This document shows positions 9,888 to 20,200 of a stretch of DNA of 64,000 bases, in pieces. A model generated the notes under the pieces. That model saw only the letters and a list, made by a program, of their open reading frames with translations, made no database searches and had not been told where the DNA came from. The translations under genes were made by a program, and so were the position numbers. The DNA comes from Akkermansia muciniphila. Lineage in GTDB: Bacteria > Verrucomicrobiota > Kiritimatiellia > RFP12 > JAAYNR01. How positions within the stretch are numbered: position 1 is the first letter of the stretch; each line of letters starts with the position of its first letter. The stretch lies in the NCBI GenBank assembly GCA_945870025.1, contig CAMBQN010000013.1:5825-69824 (forward strand), in the 5' to 3' direction.

Positions 9888-10183
9888 AATCGAAATCGAA
9901 ATCGAAATCGGGACCGGGATCGAACGCCATGGGGTTGGGACACGAAAAACTGTACGTCTTGAGGATCAGCACTGGAATGTGGTGCCCTCCAGGATGTCCT
10001 GGTCGTCGGCAAAGCGTTGGATGTACAAGAAAGTCTGGTGCGTAAGACGGAGTTGGATCGAATGGCCGCGATGTTGAGTCGCCTGGGAGGACGGGGCTAC
10101 TGTGTCGCGGAAAATTCCGTGCCTTACGGAACCAAACCGGAGAAAGTCGATCCCGATCCCGGTCCCGATTTCGATTTCGAAAA
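9888..10183. repeat. 26-bp perfect inverted repeat (cgaaatcgaaatcgggaccgggatcg) flanking ~220 bp
   Basis: The left arm lies within 9888-9925 and the right arm within 10146-10183. Both are built from phased hexamers (CGAAAT)n(CGGGAY)n, the same motif vocabulary as the internal arms of the MITE-like elements at 37.6 and 41.9 kb. Confidence 0.85.
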
Positions 10184-10514
10184 GGAGAAGCCCCAACAAG
10201 GCGGTGGAGGCCCGACAAGGGACGGGTCTGAATGGCGCATTCGTGGCGAAGCCGGGAAAAGCGGTGTCGCGCGGAATACCGCTTGCCACCGCACTCCAAG
10301 AAGCTGCCGGCGGGACAAAGGGCTTCGGGACGCCGCGCCAGCCGCCAGACAAGGGCGTAGGTGTTAAGCTAAGAGGCCTTTTCTGGCTTCTTAGCTGTTT
10401 GTGCTCAATGGGGTATAACCATGAGAAAAACGCCCAACAACCAACGCCCAATAACCAATGGCGGAACTGTCAATCCTCCCTTGGAAGTTGAGCGTTGCGC
10501 GCTGGCGGTCCGTT

Positions 10515-10760
10515 CTACTTCTTGTCGTGGAGCTGATCGCCGGTGAGGCCGCCCGCGACGCCACCGATCAGGGCACCTACGGCGGCACCGGAACCGCGGT
10601 TACCTTTGCCGGCAACCGATGCCCCGACCGCCGCCCCGCCGGCTACGCCGAGCGCGGTGCCGACAACGGCGCCCTCGTGTCCATCCAGCGTCGCGCATCC
10701 CGAGAACAAAGCCAGTCCGAGGCAGGCGCTTGCGGTAATGATTCGTGTGGTGTGCTTCAT
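10515..10760 (-). CDS. Glycine-zipper small lipoprotein (SlyB/17-kDa-antigen-like)
   Basis: Lipobox 'LFSGC', Gly/Ala-zipper 'GTALGVAGGAAVGASVAG...GALIGGVAGGL', and a strong RBS (AGGAGGTCTCATG). Confidence 0.8.
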   Translation of the reverse strand: MKHTTRIITASACLGLALFSGCATLDGHEGAVVGTALGVAGGAAVGASVAGKGNRGSGAAVGALIGGVAGGLTGDQLHDKK

Positions 10761-11075
10761 GAGACCTCCTGTGTGTGGATTGGAAAACGTTTAGCGCAAC
10801 CGGTGAACAGTTTACCAGACCGATCGCCGGTTGGAATAGAATAAAGAGGTGAGGCGATTCCGATTTCTGTTGGAGTTGACAAGGTCGGCGAAAAGTGCCA
10901 TCCTCAAGACGTTCGTATGGGGTGCGGCCGGGCGCCGTGAAAACGGCGAAGCGCGTAAAAGTAATACGTGTGCCCGTGTCGGACGCAAGGATTTTAAATT
11001 GACAAAACGCCACGTAAAACAAGCCGTCAGGCGCCGTTTTGCGTGGCGATTTGCCAGAGCCTCAAGAGGTTGGTT

Positions 11076-13430
11076 ATGATTGTGGACGGCAAGAAGATCA
11101 TGGATCTACAGCTTACGGCGGCCAAGGCCACGGCCCTGCGCTTCTCCAATGGGCAGAGCACGCCCATCACGCCGGTGAAGCAGACCCCGTGTCCGGATGG
11201 GTGCGCGTTGAGTCTGGATGGCGCGTGGCAGGTGGTGCGTTGGCCGTTTGCCAAGCCGGAAGCCACGCTGGTCTCCGCGCCGTGCACGGACACGACCTGG
11301 GAAACCGTCCTGCAGCCCGGCAAGGTGCTCTACGCCGATCCGGAGGCGGATGGAAAACCGTTCCCGCCCGAATGGAACCGGATTACCATGGCGCACTTGA
11401 ATGACGAGGATGGCGCCATCATCCGCCGCCGCGTGCGGATCCCGGCGGAATGGCGCGGGAAGCGGATCATGCTGCGCTTTGACGCGATCTATCCGGCAGG
11501 GCGGATTTATCTGAATGGCGAACGGCTGGGCGAGCATCTCAGCGGCCTGACGCCGGTGGAGTTTGATGTCACCCGCAAGGTGGCGCCGGGCACCGAGGCG
11601 CTGATCGCCGTGCGCCTGCTGCGCAAGCATAAGTTCTTGAAGATGGACATGGTGCGGCATTCGCTGGAGTTTGCCGGCCTGGCGCAGTCGGCTTGCCTGT
11701 TCACCGTGGAGCCGGTTTTGGTGGACGACTACCACCTGATCACGACGCTCGGCAAGACGTTCGACAAGGGAACCGTGACGGGGACGGTCGTGCTTCGCAG
11801 CCATGGGGGCGCGACCAAGGCGGCGCTTACCGTGGAGCTGCTCGACGACCAGGGCGCCGTGGTGGCCACGGTTGAGAAGTCCGTTTCCGTGCCGCCTGCG
11901 GGGCGCGCGGAAGCGACGGTCAAGCTGGCCGTGGCCGCGCCCAAGCTTTGGAACGACGAGGCGCCGAACCTCTACACGGTCCGGATGGTACTGCGTGTGC
12001 CGGGCCAGGACGACCAGACGATCACCTACCGCACCGGTTTCCGCCGGCTGGACCTCTCGCCGAACGGGCCGCGCCTCAACGGCCATTTCATCAAGTTCCG
12101 GGGCGTCAACCACCTGACGTTCCATCCGGATCACGGGATGCACACCCCCAAGGAGTGGCTGCGCCGCTGCCTGGGGATGATGAAAAAGGCGAACGTCAAC
12201 TGCATTCGGACCCACTATCTGGGTCCGCGCGACTTGAGCGACCTGTGCGACGAGATGGGGTTCTACCTGATGCAGGAGCTGCCGATCGATTGGGGAACCA
12301 ACTACATCCACGATCCAGAGTGGGTGGGACCAGCGCTGCAACGTATTGAAAGCGGCATCCGCCGCGACCGGCATCATCCGTCGCTCGTGGTCTGGAGCGT
12401 GGGGAACGAGAACATCCCGGAGCGCGCCGCCGTAGCGGAAGACGGATGGAACCACCTGCGCATCTACGACCGGTTTTGCAAGCGGCTCGATCCCACCCGG
12501 CCGACGATGTTCCCTCCGCCGGGTCCGGCCAACAAGATCAAGGGGGTTTTCGAGCTGCGCGTGGGCGACATTGCCGACACGCACTACACGTTCCAGATTC
12601 CCAAGGGGTTCATCGAGGCGGGCCGCTTCGAGAATCCGCGCAGTTGGGAAGGGGAGCTGGATGTCTGCACACGGAAGCAGGCGCTGGCCCGAGGTTGGAG
12701 CGGCGTCTGGTTCAGTTCCGAGTGGTGCCTCTTCAACATGATGCCGGATCTGCTCAATTCGCCGTATGCCAGCATCATTGACGACGTGCAGGAGCCGCCG
12801 TTTACCGGTAAAAACACGCTGCAGGTCTTTCAGGATCGCCTGGACCGTGAGTGGGGGTTCATGCGCAGCGAGCCCACCTGCCTCGGCGGGGCGTTCTTCC
12901 CCTGGATCTGTGCGTCCGTTTCTGTCCGGCCCGAGGAGAACCCCTGGGGGTGGATGCGTCTGGCCGAGGACAACGACTGGGGGGTGATGTGCGCGGATCT
13001 GACTCCCAAGCCGTTCTTCTGGGCGATGCGTGTGGCGTACAGCCCGGTGCAATTCCCCCGGCGGCTGGCCTGGCAGAAGGGGCAGCGTGACATCAACTTC
13101 GAGATCGAGAACCAGTTCAACAGCATCGACCTTTCGCAATGCACGCTGCGCTTCCAGTTTGCCCTGTCGAGCATCTGGATGACGTGCATACGCCCCTTCA
13201 CGGACGTCACCGTGGCCTGTCCGCCCGGCGGCCGGGCGATGGTCCGGCTCAATCTGCCCGACGAGAAGTGGATCACGGAGCTGGACGGCGGGCGTTCGGC
13301 CATGGTGCGCTGCACGGTGCTGGATCCGCACGGATTCAAGGTCATTGTGGCGGAGACGCTGGTGCTGTCGGGCGATGCGGTCCAGGTTGGCGATCAGTCC
13401 ATGCCGATCGGACCCGATGCGCCGATGTGA
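11076..13430 (+). CDS. Glycoside hydrolase family 2-like enzyme
   Basis: Sugar-binding region 'RIMLRFDAIYPAGRIYLNGERLGEH', TIM barrel 'FRGVNHLTFHPDHG...NVNCIRTHY', and 'VVWSVGNEN' (acid/base Glu motif). Start is taken at ATG 11076, 6 nt after AGAGG; the ORF-track start is 11043. Confidence 0.85.
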   Translation: MIVDGKKIMDLQLTAAKATALRFSNGQSTPITPVKQTPCPDGCALSLDGAWQVVRWPFAKPEATLVSAPCTDTTWETVLQPGKVLYADPEADGKPFPPEWNRITMAHLNDEDGAIIRRRVRIPAEWRGKRIMLRFDAIYPAGRIYLNGERLGEHLSGLTPVEFDVTRKVAPGTEALIAVRLLRKHKFLKMDMVRHSLEFAGLAQSACLFTVEPVLVDDYHLITTLGKTFDKGTVTGTVVLRSHGGATKAALTVELLDDQGAVVATVEKSVSVPPAGRAEATVKLAVAAPKLWNDEAPNLYTVRMVLRVPGQDDQTITYRTGFRRLDLSPNGPRLNGHFIKFRGVNHLTFHPDHGMHTPKEWLRRCLGMMKKANVNCIRTHYLGPRDLSDLCDEMGFYLMQELPIDWGTNYIHDPEWVGPALQRIESGIRRDRHHPSLVVWSVGNENIPERAAVAEDGWNHLRIYDRFCKRLDPTRPTMFPPPGPANKIKGVFELRVGDIADTHYTFQIPKGFIEAGRFENPRSWEGELDVCTRKQALARGWSGVWFSSEWCLFNMMPDLLNSPYASIIDDVQEPPFTGKNTLQVFQDRLDREWGFMRSEPTCLGGAFFPWICASVSVRPEENPWGWMRLAEDNDWGVMCADLTPKPFFWAMRVAYSPVQFPRRLAWQKGQRDINFEIENQFNSIDLSQCTLRFQFALSSIWMTCIRPFTDVTVACPPGGRAMVRLNLPDEKWITELDGGRSAMVRCTVLDPHGFKVIVAETLVLSGDAVQVGDQSMPIGPDAPM

Positions 13431-13464
13431 GCTATGCGTGCCTGATGACTGAGGTGCTACAACC

Positions 13465-14145
13465 ATGAATAGGACATCCGTTTCTATCGCTATCGCGTTC
13501 ACGCTCACGGCGCTCGTCCAGCCCTCTGCTCGCTGCGCGGAGGCCCCTCGTCTTTCGGCTCGGTTCTTCTTTCGGGAAGACCACCTGATCACGAGCAGCG
13601 AGATACAGATACTGCTTGACGATGTGTCCGCGTATTACGTTGCCGATTGCAATGGGGATCCCAGTCGGGATCCGGGGCCACAGCATCCCAAAAACCTCAC
13701 CTTTCGCATCTTGACCAAGCAACCGACGCAGGACGTTCAATGGGTTTCCATCCCGCTGTCCTCCCTGACGAGCATTGATTTTCAATGGTTGCCAATGCCC
13801 CGCTCGATGATCGGCTTCAAGACCCTTCGGTTCGCCTCAAAAGACGGCGGGTCCCATTCCATGGACATGATGGTTGACGGCCAGAAGTACCGGTACGTTC
13901 GTACCAGCAAGAACGGCGTGGTCAAGCAGGATATCACCGGCGAACTGGAGTTGCGCATGGCCCCGGCCGCCTCCGAAGCGAACCGGGATGTGCGCGCGGA
14001 AGTTTCCTTTGCGTGGTTTGCGTTTCGCGGCATCGGTTCCGGCAAACAAAGGCCGCATAGCCCTGATAACGATTGGATACTCAACAAGGAACTCATCAAT
14101 CGGATCGAGTTTGTTGAGAACGTTGACGAGAAGCAGATCCCGTGA
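13465..14145 (+). CDS. Hypothetical secreted protein
   Basis: Signal peptide 'MNRTSVSIAIAFTLTALVQPSARCAEA' and GAGGTG upstream. No recognisable family. It sits between GH2 and the giant protein. Confidence 0.55.
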   Translation: MNRTSVSIAIAFTLTALVQPSARCAEAPRLSARFFFREDHLITSSEIQILLDDVSAYYVADCNGDPSRDPGPQHPKNLTFRILTKQPTQDVQWVSIPLSSLTSIDFQWLPMPRSMIGFKTLRFASKDGGSHSMDMMVDGQKYRYVRTSKNGVVKQDITGELELRMAPAASEANRDVRAEVSFAWFAFRGIGSGKQRPHSPDNDWILNKELINRIEFVENVDEKQIP

Positions 14146-14175
14146 AGGGATATCGTTGGGCGATTACATCGAGGA

Positions 14176-14204
14176 TTGACTATTGGCGGCCCGCTCCGCA
14201 TAAT
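14176..14204 (+). promoter_or_regulatory. Sigma70-like promoter candidate for the giant gene
   Basis: TTGACT (14176-14181), a 17-nt spacer, then CATAAT (14199-14204), about 38 nt upstream of ATG 14242. Confidence 0.35.
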
Positions 14205-14241
14205 CAGCACTTGTAACTATGGCTATGGGAGGAAACGCAAC

Positions 14242-17200
14242 ATGACGACGAAACGGAATACGAGGATGGCGAAACAGGACGGGGACTTCACGGCTTACAG
14301 TCGATTCACCCGAGTTCCTATGCTGTTGGGCGCGGTGCTGTTAGGCGCGGCGCTTCTCAGCCAGAAGGCCGCAGCCGCCGACGTCACGTTCACGCTGGTG
14401 ACGCCCTCGGAAGGGAAGATGGTCTCGATCGAGAGTGGCCAGAATCTGTGGAAATCGCCCTTCGGCGGCTGGAGCTTGACCCTCTGGCCATTTACCATTC
14501 GCGTGGGGGATACGCCCCTTTTTGAATATCTCTCATCGGAGCAGAAGCTCGATGCCAAGACCCTGAGCGGCGCCATCGCGCCGCAGGATCAAGTTCTCGA
14601 CACCTTGATGAATAAATCATTAGGCCAGGACGGTGGTGCGAGTTCGGGTGATTTGTTCCCCACCAATAGTCTTCGGCGCGCCTCGACCACCGCTTTTCTG
14701 ACCACGGGCACACACGTGATCGAGCCATTCGGCATCGAATTGACATTGGCGGCCGACGGCACGATGACGAGCAGCGATCCGCGGGTGCGCGTCGACGCCA
14801 AGACGCGCCGCGTGGAGATGGTCTGCCACCCGGTTACGATTAAGATGCTGGATGGTATCCGCTCTGGAAAGGGTCCCATCCAATTGATGTGCGGGACCTT
14901 GTCGCTGTTGGGCGGCATGGAGAAAATGTTTGCCGATTACGACAAGCTGAATGCGGCGGAAGCGGGGACCGCCATGAAGGATGGGTACCGGCGTTTTACG
15001 ATCTACCTGCCGTCATCCTCCGCAGGGCACGGTTATTCCGTCAATGGCGTTAAGTTCGAACTGAATGCCGACGGGAAGATCACACTCGCGGCCGATGCCA
15101 AGGCGAGCTGCAAGGACGGGCGCCAGATCTATCTCGAACGGCCGGCCGTCGTGGCACCGACTGCGGTGGCGGCTGCGACACCCATGCTCGGCGTGAGCTG
15201 GTTTGGCGGGCGCGGCGATGTCCGGGTCTCGTGCGGCTCCGCGACGGTGGTTGGCAAACCCGTGTACGCGGGAGTGGCGTTTGGCGCGCAGCAGGCAAAC
15301 GGCGCGACGAATGGGGTCAAGGACTCCGGTACCGTGGCGATTTCGTCGGGCAATGCATCCGAGGTGAGGCTTGGTGACCTGGCCGTGCGCCTGCCGGCGG
15401 TCGACGCTCAGAGGCCGCATCGCCATCTCATCTGGAACGTGGCTGGTGCCACCTGCTGGGCCGTCGAAGCGCCACCGCTGGAAGCCAAGCCCGGTGCGGA
15501 GTGGTCGTGCCGCATCTCGGTGTTGACCGGCAAGCCGCCGGCGCTTCCTGCGGCGCTGCGTGTGACGCTGGAGACCATGGCCGGTACCCCGGCGGCGGGA
15601 GGCAACACGGAGGAATGGAAAGGCACCGCTGGCGTCTTCACGGGCACGCTGCCTGCCACGCCGGGTTTCTGGCGGCTGCGGGTTGCCGCGACGGATAGCA
15701 GTCCACTGAGGGGGCAAACGCTTGGCTATGCGCTGATCGGCGACAAGGCGGTCTCCGCGGTTTCCCTTTTCACGGTCAACAACCGCGCGCTGCAGCGGCG
15801 CGGCGACGCGATCGATCTGCTCTGGTTTGCCCATCGCAATACGGGCGCCGCGGCTGCGGAATGGCCGGTGCGTCTGCGCGGCATGGGGTTGGATGCGATC
15901 GTCGCGCGCATCGCGGTTCCGGTGGGCAGTGGAAGTTCGGCGGACGCGAGCGGGCGTCTGGTCGTGGACACGTCCGCGCTGGCTGCAGGCGAGTATACGG
16001 CGGTTGTTGAGGCGGACGGTGTGGCCGGCTATCCGTTCCGGTTTCGGATCTGCCAGCGCGAGCGGCTGAGTGATTTCGATATCTACTCTTACTCCCCTCA
16101 CACGACGGCCGCTGAATTCTATCCGGGTTCGCCGATCAACTCCTATTTGGGCCCCAGTCCGGGCGGGCCCGGCCTGGAACCGTTCCTGTCGGCCGGGGAG
16201 TCGCCATTTGAGGCAGCCATGGCGGCGTACGCCACCGCGCCGTTCGGGCCAGCGCGAGAGATGTTCGCACGGCCGGGCGCGGGCGAGCTCGCGCTGATGG
16301 CCATGGCGTCTCAGGGCGTGCATGTCGCCCCGACATTCCCCGAATCGCACGCGGATGAGCAGCGCAACCCGAAGCACACGCTCCCCGAGAACCTGGCGAA
16401 TGTGCGGCGGCGCATGACGCTCTATATCCAGTCGCAGGCCGACTATCCCGGAGTCGGCGGCTTCGACTTCGGCTGGTTGTCCAGCTACGGCGGCTACTGG
16501 GAATACACGCCTCGCCTGGATGCGTGGCAGCCGCAAGCGGCGGCGGCGGCGAACGCCTGGGCCTGGAAGCGCACGAAGGAGGAATGGCCGAAAGTGGTCG
16601 CGAAATATGCGCATCTTAAGCCGATTAACAAGACGCTTTCGGACAAATGGAACAAAGAATTGGCGGATATTCCTGGGCTGACCGAGGCGCAAATGCGGTG
16701 CGTGAACGCGACCAGCCCGCTGATGGGGTGGTGGGACCGGATCCTGCCGAATTCCCTTGATGAGTGGTTTGCCGATGTCAACGAGATCCGGCCCGGTATG
16801 ACCACGCATGATCACAAGTCCTCGCCCAGTCTCAACGGTCCCTTCTCATGGTTTGGGAAGTCGCATCGCAGTTCGGTGGACTTCTCCGAACACTTCATTT
16901 CTCCGATGGATTGCTTCCGGTCCCCGGCCGTCATGGCCATGGACAACCGGAACAAGCAGAAGGTCCAGATCGCGGTGCAGGTCCATCACGGCATGCTGGC
17001 AGAAATTGTCCCGACGGTTTTGGGCGCTGCCGGACGCGGTGCGGATGGGATTGCCTTCAGCGGTCTTAACGCTGCCGACGCCGCCGGGGGGGATGCACTC
17101 CCCCGCATTCTCGAACGGTTCGGCTCCTGGTTCACGACCCTGGACCCGCTGCCGGATGTGGCTGTTTACTATTCGCCTTCCTCGGCCGCACGGGTGTTCA

Positions 17201-20200
17201 CGGTCTTGTATGATCTGGCGCGTCTGCGGCGGCCAGGCATGATGGTAGGTCCGCAAGACGTGGAGGCGGGCGACCTGCTCAAATACAAGGTGCTCTTGCT
17301 GGTCGGGCAGGAGATGAACATGCCGCCCGAAATCCTCGATGCCTTCCGCGCCTTCGAAGCCAAGGGCGGCGTCATCCTGAAGGACGACACCTGCGCCAAG
17401 GATGTGCCCGGGAGGTCCATCGGGTTCGCCTACGATAACAGCCGGGTATCAGGCGGTTGGGGCGGAGCGCAGGCAGGTGGCGAAGGGGAGCATGTCGCGG
17501 CATTGAGCCAATACTTGGGAAAGGAGAAGCTACTGGTTGATGCGTTTGCCAAAACGCCCCAGCCTGTGGTGACCACGCCGGACACGGATATCCTGATCTC
17601 GCCGCTGGCCGGAAAGGAATCGATCATCTGCTTCACGATCGACAAGACCGAGGTTCCGCTGGAGGAGACCGGGGATCGCTGGCGTCAGCAGACCGTGCTG
17701 CCCAAGGTCGGCGAGCTGCAGGTGGAAAAGGGGTGGTATGTGCATGACTTGCTGGCCGGCAAAGCCGCACCAGTGGAAAGCACGGCCAAAGGAGTGCGTG
17801 TGCCCGTGGATTTCCGGCGCACGATCGGCGCGATCTACCTGCTGACCAAGCGGGAGCCCAAGAGCCTCTCCATTCAGGCGGAGCGCACCACGCCGATCAA
17901 CGCGCGCCTCACCGGCGGACTCGTCGATGCCGAAGGCAAGCTCCTCGCCGACCCCATGCCGTTTGAGGTGACCTTGAAAGGTCCGGACGGCGCGACGTTG
18001 TTCCATAAATTTGCATCCATCGGACCGGAGCAACCGTTCGATGTGCCTGTTCCGGCCATGTCTGCCGGCGTGCGGCCGGAACTCGTCGTCCGTGACTTGG
18101 TGCTGGGTACGACTGCCACCCAGGCATTGGAACCTGCCGCGCCGGCCGCCGTGGCAATCCGGCAGACCCAGGATCTGATCGGCGGCGAGAAGAAGATTCT
18201 CGCGTTTCTCTCTCAGCGTAAGGGACCGGTGACGATCCTGCTGGATGAGGGGCAGGAACTGTTCCGCCCGGCGGCTGAGAAAATGGCGGCGCTGCTGAAG
18301 AAGGCTGGCCGTGAGGTACGCGTGACAACCTTCGACCCGGCGGAAATCCGTCCGCTCCCTCTGCGCTGGTACCCCCTGAAAGAGGAGCTCGAAGTCATTC
18401 AAAGCGTGACGAACGATTTTGGATGGGCGTGGCGCATCAACAAGAATCCCTGGGCCGCCTTCTTGAAGGATAAGACCGGCAAAACCATCAAATCGGATTA
18501 CAGCCTACCCGATGCCGGCTATTCCGAATCCGGGCCTCATTTGCGGCACGATGCGGATGTGGTCCTGTTCGGCACGCCGGCGAACCATCGCGCCGTGGCC
18601 GACCTGGCGCCGTACCTGCGGCGGGTGCCGACCGAGAACTACCCGGCCCCCGGGAATTTCTTTATTCACTACGTCTGGTCGCCGTTCCGGGCTGGATACG
18701 ATGCACTCTACATGGGCTGCGGTGACGTGGCCGGTGCCGAAGCAGCCGTGGCCTGCCTCGCCACGCTGACCGTACCCGTACCCGCGCCTATGGTCAAGCC
18801 GGAGGGGACGCCGGTCGTGCTGCGCAGCGGTGCGCCGACCCCTCTGGAAGACGTGTCTGGCGCGATGGGTTCCTCGCCGATTATCAATGCTGAATTCTCG
18901 CCCAGCGGCAACCGGCTGTTCGCCATCACGACTTCGTTAGGCGACTGGCTCTTTGTACTGGATCCTGACGGCAAGCTCTTGGAGCAAAGGATGCCTCCGA
19001 ACACCAAGTGGTTCCCGTACTGGTTCGTGTGGGGACGGTGGATGACTCCGATCAGCGACACGTTGTTGCGCCTCAACCAGTGGAATGGCGTGTATCAATA
19101 CGACCTCAGTCGCGGATGGATCAGTAAGGCCGAGAATGTGCCCATGCTGGAAGACCCGAAAACGCGCAAAGTCTTTCGGAGCAATGGGGACCAGTTGCTG
19201 GCGGTGGACGCGCAAGGGATCGTGTTGTGGCGTTATGAAGACAGCACACAATCGGCGGATTTGACCACCGTACGAACTGTGATTCCGCGCGCCTTCAGCG
19301 GCAACCGGCGTGTCATTCTGGTTTCCGCGTTCGCGAGCGGCCCCAAAAACACGATTGTGGCGCCTTCGGTTCTGGGACTCGACTACGCGACCGGCAAGGT
19401 TCTTTGGACTCGCAACGGCATCCCTCTCAACAAGGGTAAAGCCATCCCGCTCGAAGACCGGTTTCTCGTGCTGGCCGACGATGCGGCCGCGCACGAGCTG
19501 ATCGCTGAGAGTGGTCGATCGGGGAACGCGATGGCGGCCTTGACCGGCAGTCCGGACTGGGTCCTGCAATTGCCGGGACGCGACGCCTTGCTGATTATCG
19601 AAAACAATCACTTCTCCCTGCGAGGTCCATCCTGCCGCGCCTATCTCCGTCCAGTGAAGGGCGGCTTGGATCAGGACCTGCCAGTGCCCGGCCGGGTGAT
19701 TACCGTCGTGTTGGCGCCGGACAACCAATCTTTTGTCCTCACGACCTCCACCAAACGACTGCTGCGATTCGCTGCGGACGGAACCCTGATCTGGGAGATC
19801 GACGGGGGATCAGGGAGTATCGTACGATTTTCGCCGGACGGCAAGACCCTGGTTACAGCCGGCGCGGACGGCGTCCTCCGTGTGTTCAACGTCTTGGACG
19901 GAAAACTCCGTCGTGCGACGGACCTGAACGTCGGCAACGCCATTACTCCGGAGAAGTTCGTCAAACAGGAACGCATGGGTGACGTTCCTCCGGAGGCGGG
20001 GAGCGTACTGCCGCCCCTGCCGCTGGAACCTTCGTATCAAAAATCCATCCCGCGCACGAGCGTTTCATTCGATAAAAACCTCGCACCACCGGAGCAGATG
20101 CGCACGTTGCTCAAGCCAGCAAATCCGGTGACGGTGGTTGGCGAGCAGCCCGGCTATCTCGGCACGCTGACCGAGGCTGTCACGCTGCCACCGTTCAAGG

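Noticed and set aside
9888-10183. The hexamer-periodic repeats (cgaaat/cgggat) here, and those inside 37626-37767 and 41926-42068, as a possible CRISPR array.
   Set aside because: The units are 6 nt with no spacers. The arrangement is inverted rather than direct, and no cas genes are present. This is better explained as stem-forming arms of small mobile elements.
10190-10360. A GC-rich stretch translating on the minus strand to 'ECGGKRYSARHRFS...', reminiscent of palindromic repeat-derived pseudo-ORFs I recall from other GC-rich genomes.
   Set aside because: There is only one partial palindrome (aagcggt...accgctt) and no second copy in this window. My recollection cannot be verified without a database search.
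11106-13592. An 828-aa ORF on the minus strand. Similar long ORFs occur at 15013..16815(-), 27442..29217(-), 46124..47647(-), 25124..26569(+), 2952..4049(-), 42189..43250(-), 34827..35855(+), 36401..37417(+) and 44035..44922(-).
   Set aside because: All lie antisense to, or out of frame with, genes that have clear family signatures. Their translations are Arg/Pro/Gly/His-rich low-complexity strings with no recognisable motifs. This is the typical stop-codon-poor shadow frame of GC-rich DNA.
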